Below, in pieces: positions 58,003 through 64,000 of a stretch of 64,000 nucleotides of DNA (its first letter is position 1; each line of letters begins with the position of its first letter). Below the pieces are notes generated by a model, which made no database searches, was not told the DNA's origin, and saw only the letters and a list, made by a program, of their open reading frames with translations. Location: positions 6,284 through 70,283 of the forward strand of contig JAFZED010000007.1 of assembly GCA_017560825.1 (NCBI GenBank). The letters run 5' to 3'. The DNA comes from Bacteroidales bacterium (GTDB taxonomy: Bacteria; Bacteroidota; Bacteroidia; Bacteroidales; UBA932). Both the position numbers and the translations under genes were made by a program.

Positions 58003-60897
58003 TTAGTATCCGAATATTTCTTCGAGGGTGAGGGTCTGTGTAGGACCGAGAGTCTTGAGGTAGTCTGTATCAAGGTCCTTGATGTCGCCCAGGATGCCGT
58101 AGACATATTTCCTGTTCTTTACCCATTCCTGCTGGGTTGCCTTCACATCGTCGAGTGTGAGAGTCTGCGCTACCTCGAAGATCTGCTTTGAGCGTGGCTC
58201 TGTGAGACCCAGCTCGCGGCTTCTGATGTAGCTGCTGATGATCTGGCTGTTGGACACTCTATCAGTTCTGATGCGGCTTATGAGAGACTCCTTCGCGATT
58301 CCGAAAGCTGTCTCCGACTCCGGCATATCGTTGATAATCTCGTCGAAAGCCTCGATTGCAGTCTTCATCTTGTCATTCTGAGTGGCGATGAAAGCGTAGT
58401 ACATATATGTGTCTTCCTTGTGTGCAGGCATATAGAGACGTGCGCTTGAAGAGTAAGCGAGACCGCGTGCCTCACGCATCTCCTGGAATACGATTGCGTT
58501 CATTCCGCCTCCGAAGTACTCGTTATACAGGTTGATGTGTGGATCAGCTGCAAGGTCGAGCTTCTCTCCTCTGTTAGAGTACTGGAAGTAGTAGATCTGC
58601 TTTGCATCGTATGGAGCAAGGTACACCTTATTCTCTGTTGCAGGAAGATATGTGGTGTAGGTTCTCTCAAGTGGCTTAGGATTCTCCGCAACCTTGTGGT
58701 TTGCAGCCAAAAGCTCAGTCGCTTCAGCTACTGTAGCAGGACCATAATAACGGATCTCGTGCTCGCATCCAAGAACCTCGCGGATCTTTGAGAGGAGCTC
58801 CTCGGATGTTATATCCTTGATCTGCTCGTCAGTCATTGTGGTCTTCCTGATGTACTCAGGACCATAGAAGATGTACTCCTGGAGAGCGCTGAAGCAAGTA
58901 CTCTGGTTGAGTTTTGCGTCTGTACGGTACTTGAGCATATCAGCCTTGAGGTTAGCAAGAATCTCCTCATTCGGAATCGCATTGTAGGCGAGATCTTCTA
59001 CGATGGCCATAGCCTGAGGCATATTCTCAGCAAGTCCGCTTACAGAGACAGCTGTCTGGTTGCTGCTTGATGTAAGTCTGAAGCTGCAAGCAAGCTGGTA
59101 CATCTCCTGTGCGATCTCCTCAGCGCTTCTGGTAGGAGTGCCGAGATAGCTGAGGTAGTCGAATGCAAGGTTGAGGGCCGGGTCTGTCTCGATACCTGTG
59201 TTGTAGACATAGCTGATGTTAGTGATGTCATTGAGCTTGTTCTGTGCGTAGAGGACTTCCATACCGTTCACGTCAAAGAACTTCATATTCTTCTCGTAAT
59301 CTACATAGACAGGCTCGATAGGCTCAACTTCTGTCGCCTGGATCTCAGCAAGGAATGCGCTCTGTGCATCACGATTGGCCTTGATAGGGGTAATCTTAGG
59401 TGCAGAAACCTTTTGGACTGTCTTGTCCTCTCCCTGTCTCTTGTAGATCACAGCATAGTTGTTGTCCTTGAGATATTCGTTGGCCCAATCTACGACATCC
59501 TGCTTGGTCACCTTTCCGAGGTTTTCAAAGAGGGCGACCTCGTCAGCCCAGTCAGTTCCGTTGATGAATGACTGCACATACATATCTGCCCTGTCTTCAT
59601 TGCTCTCGAGCGATCTCATCTGACGGAGCTTGAGGTTGTTGATGGTACCGGCAATCAGGTCTTCTTCAAACTCTCCGTTGCGAAGTCTTACAATCTCACC
59701 CATAACAAGGTCCTTCACTTCTTCGAGTGTCTGTCCTTTCTTTGGGTTTGCCATAATGATGAACTCACCTCCGTCAGGTCTTGTGTACGACATTGCTTCA
59801 GCTCCGAGGACCTTCTGCTGCTGGTTGAGGTCGAGGTCGATCAGACCTGCTGAGCCGTTTGAAAGCACATAGGCAACAACGTCAGCTATCATCGCATCCT
59901 CAGTGCCTGCTCCCGGATACTTCCATCCGATCATTACGTTTTCTGCGTCAAGGCCATATACATCCTTGCTGACAGGAGTCTCAATCACTGTCTTGGTCTC
60001 AAAATCCACCTCAGTAAGATCTTCATTCGGAACCATCTGTCCGAAGTACTTCTCGATTACAGCAAGCATCTTGTCAGGGTCAAAGTCACCGCTGAGGCAG
60101 ATCGCCATATTGTTAGGGACATAATAGGTCTTGTGGTAGTTCTTGATGTTGGTGATTGACGGGTTCTTCAGATGTTCCTGAGTTCCGAGAACTGTCTGAG
60201 TTCCGTATGGGTGGTCAGAGAAAAGGATTCCGTCCATAGCCTCGAGAGCCTTGCGGAAGTCTCTTGTAAGTGACATATTCTTCTCTTCATAAACAGTCTC
60301 AAGCTCAGTGTGGAAACCTCTGATCACAGGGTTCATAAAGCGGTCAGCTTCGATGCGTGCCCAGTTCTCGATCTGGTTGGAAGGGATGTCCTCCACGTAC
60401 ACTGTCATATCTGTCGAAGTGTAGGCATTTGTGCCTTCAGCTCCGATCACCGACATAAGCTTGTCGTATTCATTAGGAATGAAATATTCTGAAGCCAGGT
60501 AGCTTACAGAGTCTATCTTCTGGTATATACGTGCTCTTTCAGCCTCGTCCTCTGTGTTGCGGTACACCTCGAACAATGCCTCGATCTCATCCAGAAGCGG
60601 TTTTTCTGCAGCATAGTCAGCTGTTCCGAACTTCTGGCTTCCCTTGAACATAAGGTGCTCGAAGTAGTGGGCGAGTCCGGTTGTCTCGGAAGGGTCGTTC
60701 TTGCCTCCGACCTTTACTGCAATGTAGGTCTGGATGCGCGGAGTCTCCTTGTTTACACTCATATACACCTTCAGTCCGTTGTCAAGGGTGTACATCTTTG
60801 TACCCAGAGGGTCGTTTGCCACAGTCTCATACTTGTACTGTGAGCAGCTTGCGAGCACTGCTACGAATGCTCCAAGAATCAGTGTTCTAAGTTTCAT
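58003..60897 (-). CDS. M16 (insulinase-family) zinc peptidase lipoprotein
   Basis: Lipobox LASC; LDNGL, GLAHYFEHLMFKGS (HxxEH), NAYTS, EMREARGLAY. Confidence 0.93.
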   Translation of the reverse strand: MKLRTLILGAFVAVLASCSQYKYETVANDPLGTKMYTLDNGLKVYMSVNKETPRIQTYIAVKVGGKNDPSETTGLAHYFEHLMFKGSQKFGTADYAAEKPLLDEIEALFEVYRNTEDEAERARIYQKIDSVSYLASEYFIPNEYDKLMSVIGAEGTNAYTSTDMTVYVEDIPSNQIENWARIEADRFMNPVIRGFHTELETVYEEKNMSLTRDFRKALEAMDGILFSDHPYGTQTVLGTQEHLKNPSITNIKNYHKTYYVPNNMAICLSGDFDPDKMLAVIEKYFGQMVPNEDLTEVDFETKTVIETPVSKDVYGLDAENVMIGWKYPGAGTEDAMIADVVAYVLSNGSAGLIDLDLNQQQKVLGAEAMSYTRPDGGEFIIMANPKKGQTLEEVKDLVMGEIVRLRNGEFEEDLIAGTINNLKLRQMRSLESNEDRADMYVQSFINGTDWADEVALFENLGKVTKQDVVDWANEYLKDNNYAVIYKRQGEDKTVQKVSAPKITPIKANRDAQSAFLAEIQATEVEPIEPVYVDYEKNMKFFDVNGMEVLYAQNKLNDITNISYVYNTGIETDPALNLAFDYLSYLGTPTRSAEEIAQEMYQLACSFRLTSSSNQTAVSVSGLAENMPQAMAIVEDLAYNAIPNEEILANLKADMLKYRTDAKLNQSTCFSALQEYIFYGPEYIRKTTMTDEQIKDITSEELLSKIREVLGCEHEIRYYGPATVAEATELLAANHKVAENPKPLERTYTTYLPATENKVYLAPYDAKQIYYFQYSNRGEKLDLAADPHINLYNEYFGGGMNAIVFQEMREARGLAYSSSARLYMPAHKEDTYMYYAFIATQNDKMKTAIEAFDEIINDMPESETAFGIAKESLISRIRTDRVSNSQIISSYIRSRELGLTEPRSKQIFEVAQTLTLDDVKATQQEWVKNRKYVYGILGDIKDLDTDYLKTLGPTQTLTLEEIFGY

Positions 60898-60921
60898 ATA
60901 GTTGGGGATTGGTTTTCTGAA

Positions 60922-61593
60922 CTAGTCGCGGCGTGCTATACCTATATAATATATAAGGGTGGCAAGTGAGCTCAAGGCTGCAACTACATAGGTGTAGGCG
61001 GCCCACTTGAGTGCGTCGATTGCCATAGGCTGGGTGCGGCTGTCGGTTATGCCGCTGGCAGAAAGCCAGGAAATAGCTCTGCTGCTGGCGTTGATCTCGA
61101 CAGGGAGGGTCACGAAGCTGAAAAGGGTAGTGAGAGCGAACAGACCTATGCCAAGCCAGATGAGTCCGGGGAATACATTGATGAATATGACTCCTGCCAG
61201 AAGGACCCACTGCACAATGTTGGACGCGAAACTTACTGCCGGCACAAGGGCTGAGCGCATACGTACAGGAGCATAACCTGTGGCATACTGCACGGCGTGT
61301 CCGCACTCGTGCGCAGCGACAGCTGCAGCAGCGATGCTTCTGCTTGCATATACACTTTCACTTAAGGCGACTGTCTTTGTCTGCGGGTTGAAGTGGTCGG
61401 TGAGCATACCTCGGGTAGGTACGACCTTGACGTCGTAGATACCGTGGTCGCGCAGCATCTTTTGTGCTACTTCAGCTCCTGACATTCCATTTGGAAGTCC
61501 TACTTTAGAATACTTGTTGAATCGGCTCTGAAGCGTGTTCTGCACGATCAGGCTCACAACAAAAATAGCGATAATGATAAACCAGATGTTCAT
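60922..61593 (-). CDS. Membrane neutral zinc metallopeptidase (YugP-like)
   Basis: LTDHFNP, AAAVAAHECGHAVQ, TLPVEINASSRA, AAYTYV. Confidence 0.9.
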   Translation of the reverse strand: MNIWFIIIAIFVVSLIVQNTLQSRFNKYSKVGLPNGMSGAEVAQKMLRDHGIYDVKVVPTRGMLTDHFNPQTKTVALSESVYASRSIAAAAVAAHECGHAVQYATGYAPVRMRSALVPAVSFASNIVQWVLLAGVIFINVFPGLIWLGIGLFALTTLFSFVTLPVEINASSRAISWLSASGITDSRTQPMAIDALKWAAYTYVVAALSSLATLIYYIGIARRD

Positions 61594-61747
61594 ATCGGTG
61601 AAATTTAATTATTAATATACTGACATTTTGTCTGTATGCGGCAGGAATCGCCGCTGACGCAGACGGGCCGTAAATATGCAAAAAACGTACAATACCTCAA
61701 GTTTCGTAGCGAAACTTGCTCCCACCGCACTTTCTTAATTTACGTTA

Positions 61748-61784
61748 CCCTCCTCCTAAATCCTCCTCCTCGGGAGGAGGACTT
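61748..61784 (+). repeat. REP-like palindromic element
   Basis: CCCTCCTCCTAAA-TCCTCCTCC-TCG-GGAGGAGGA-CTT. Confidence 0.55.
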
Positions 61785-61899
61785 ACTATCGACCTACGGT
61801 CTCAAATAAAGGTCTTTCGCATTGCGAAAGTGAAGATATCACAAAGTTGGCAAATTCTGTCATATTTTTAGTATTTTTGCAGGCGTTTTTTAAGGAAAG

Positions 61900-63012
61900 A
61901 TGATGATTAGGAATGACGATTTTTCGAGACTTGAGATAAATCTCAGCGGCTGTCTCGATAATTATAAATATTTCAGGTCCAGACTCGAGGCTTCAACAAA
62001 GCTCTTGGTGCTGGTAAAGGCAAATGCCTATGGTCACGGTGCAGTCCAGTTTGCTTCCCTTATGGAGGAGGCTGGAGCAGATTATCTTGCTGTGGCCTAT
62101 CCTGTGGAAGGAGTAGAGCTGCGAGAGGCAGGAATCAAGACCCCGATTATGGTACTCACAGCCGGAACAGACTTCTTCAACGAAATCATCGACAACTCTC
62201 TTGAGCCCGGCATACCTAACCTCTACTCATTGAAAGCCCTCTGCGAGATTCTTGACAAGAGGGGAGTTAAGGACTTTCCTGTCCACATCAAGCTTGACAC
62301 CGGAATGCATCGTCTGGGCTTTATGACAGAGGAACTTGAAGAACTGATGGATTTTCTCAGGGACTGCCCTCAGGTGAAGGTGAAGTCGGTATATTCCCAC
62401 CTTGCGGCGGCTGACGACCCTTCAAATGACGCATTCACCCTCGGTCAGATCGAGCTTTTCCAACAGAATGCGGACAGACTCACTTCAGTGCTTGCTGAAA
62501 AGCCGCTTTATCATATCCTTAACTCGGCAGGAATCGAAAGATTCCCTCAGTACCAGTTCGATATGGTACGTCTGGGAATCGGAATATACGGAGTGAGCGC
62601 CTTGACTGGAAACCACCTCAGTACAGTCGCGTCATTCAAGTGCAAGATCCTTCAGATCAAGACCTTAAGTCCCGGCGACGGTACGGTCGGATACGGCCGT
62701 CACGGAAAGATCGCCCCTGAAGGCACGGTGATAGCAACCATTCCTGTTGGATATGCGGACGGCCTCGACCGTCATCTCAGCTGCGGAAAGGGCTACTTTA
62801 CAGTGGGTGGCCACAGGGTACCGACCATCGGTAACATATGTATGGATATGACGATGCTCGACGTTACAGGAGTCGATGCGAAAGTCGGCGACACCGTAAC
62901 CATATTCGGCGACGATCCGACAGTAACCGACCTCGCGAAGATCCTCGACACCATTCCGTACGAGATCCTCACCTCAGTCCCTCGCCGCATCGAAAGGATA
63001 ATTGTAAAATAG
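61900..63012 (+). CDS. alr: Alanine racemase
   Basis: VKANAYGHG (PLP lysine), KLDTGMHRLG, VRLGIGIYG, VGYG, GYADG, ICMD, TIPYE. Confidence 0.96.
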   Translation: MMIRNDDFSRLEINLSGCLDNYKYFRSRLEASTKLLVLVKANAYGHGAVQFASLMEEAGADYLAVAYPVEGVELREAGIKTPIMVLTAGTDFFNEIIDNSLEPGIPNLYSLKALCEILDKRGVKDFPVHIKLDTGMHRLGFMTEELEELMDFLRDCPQVKVKSVYSHLAAADDPSNDAFTLGQIELFQQNADRLTSVLAEKPLYHILNSAGIERFPQYQFDMVRLGIGIYGVSALTGNHLSTVASFKCKILQIKTLSPGDGTVGYGRHGKIAPEGTVIATIPVGYADGLDRHLSCGKGYFTVGGHRVPTIGNICMDMTMLDVTGVDAKVGDTVTIFGDDPTVTDLAKILDTIPYEILTSVPRRIERIIVK

Positions 63013-63030
63013 CCTGTAAACCGGAAATAT

Positions 63031-63537
63031 ATGAATACCCCTAACCAATTGAACAGCAATAAGAAATATAAGGTATTATTCGTGTGTCTGGGAAACATAT
63101 GCCGTTCTCCTGCGGCGGAAGGTATATTCCGACATATCGTCAAGGAAAACGGTATGGAGGAGCATTTCGTGATAGATTCGGCTGGAACCTATGGCGGACA
63201 CGCCGGCGAGCATCCGGACAGGCGTATGCGTACGGCTGCTCTGTACAGGGGATACGGGCTTACCCACAGTTCGCGTCAGGTCAGGAGCCTGGACTTTTTG
63301 GATTTTGACCTTGTTATCGCTATGGATGACCAGAACTATGAGGACCTTATGCACCTTGCGCCTTCAGTTGAGGCGACCCATAAGATCAGAAGGATGGCTT
63401 CCTTCCTGACGACTCACAGGATTTCATATATTCCTGATCCTTACTATTCCGGCTCGGAGGGCTTCAGCCTCGTCCTCGACCTCCTTGAAGAGGCCTGCCA
63501 GAACCTTTACGATAAGATCATCAATTCGGAAATATAA
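63031..63537 (+). CDS. Low-molecular-weight protein-tyrosine phosphatase
   Basis: VCLGNICRSPAAE P-loop, DSAGT, PDPYY. Confidence 0.95.
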   Translation: MNTPNQLNSNKKYKVLFVCLGNICRSPAAEGIFRHIVKENGMEEHFVIDSAGTYGGHAGEHPDRRMRTAALYRGYGLTHSSRQVRSLDFLDFDLVIAMDDQNYEDLMHLAPSVEATHKIRRMASFLTTHRISYIPDPYYSGSEGFSLVLDLLEEACQNLYDKIINSEI

Positions 63538-63541
63538 CAGT

Positions 63542-63565
63542 TATCCCCGGCTTTTGACCGGGGAT
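63542..63565. terminator. Probable terminator between convergent genes
   Basis: TATCCCCGG...CCGGGATA. Confidence 0.5.
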
Positions 63566-63573
63566 ATCTTCTA

Positions 63574-64000
63574 TTATATAAGTCCAAGCAGTCTGCTTCG
63601 CGAGAGCATACAGGCTCCGATAGGGCCTGCCTTCTCTCCAAGCTTGGAGAACTTTATGACAGTGTCTTTGCTGACAAGGTTCAGGGAGTGCTTCTGGATG
63701 GTGCTCTTGACTGGCAGCAGCAGGTAGTCCTTTGCCTTTGAAACTATTCCACCTATGACCACGAGCTCAGGATTGAAGATGTTGATCAGACCGGCAATCG
63801 CTCTTCCAAGAGTTGCTCCGGTCTTCTCCACAATCTCGATAGCCAGGACATCCTCCTCTGCAACTGCATTCAAAATGTCCTGAAGACTGATCTTTTCCCC
63901 ATTCCTGTAGGCTTCGGCAAGTACTGAAGCCCTTCCTTCCTCGAGTTTCTCAATGAACATCCTATGGATTGCCGATCCTGAGGCACCGGTCTCAAGACAG
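63574..64000 (-). CDS. ROK-family regulator (NagC/XylR-like), 3' part only
   Basis: The frame stays open to the window edge (CLETGASGSAI); INIFNPELVVIGG, SKLGEKAGPIGA. Confidence 0.85.
   Translation of the reverse strand, partial: CLETGASGSAIHRMFIEKLEEGRASVLAEAYRNGEKISLQDILNAVAEEDVLAIEIVEKTGATLGRAIAGLINIFNPELVVIGGIVSKAKDYLLLPVKSTIQKHSLNLVSKDTVIKFSKLGEKAGPIGACMLSRSRLLGLI

Noticed and set aside
61900-63012. Stand-alone alr, where many Bacteroidales have a MurF-Alr fusion
   Set aside because: The gene is complete with its own -7 element (61872-61879) and no murF remnant is visible; stand-alone Alr is common.

Overview
A gene-dense 64 kb chromosomal segment from an anaerobic Bacteroidales bacterium, roughly 50% GC in coding DNA. 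The assignment rests on TAnnTTTG -7 promoter elements, a short Bacteroidota-type primary sigma factor and a SusC/SusD pair. Most of the window is core genome: dnaQ-dnaN, htrA-rpoD-argS, rubrerythrin, dnaK, clpC/gyrA, phoH, leuS, ettA, nagB, alr and several peptidases. One accessory block (about 9.4-25.7 kb) is a SusC/SusD locus with no recognisable CAZyme. It encodes surface lipoproteins with pilin-like, BACON and LRR domains and an intact S8 protease. I saw no rRNA, tRNA, CRISPR, integrase or transposase. Main points of interest: (1) the protease/LRR SusCD locus, with repeated T[KR][AS]-containing pilin-like domains; (2) an M28 peptidase that has lost its zinc ligands, fused to a TonB C-terminal domain and next to a SPOR lipoprotein; (3) apparent near-complete avoidance of CATG; (4) a shared TGACA-N3-TGTCA box and sigma54-like element upstream of htrA, dnaK and a Zn-peptidase; (5) an A-rich motif shared by the promoters of a membrane AraC regulator and of the gene preceding the SusCD locus; (6) a ClpC without its middle domain; (7) two small genes the ORF track missed or mis-started. 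All family assignments come from motif recognition by eye; no database searches were run.
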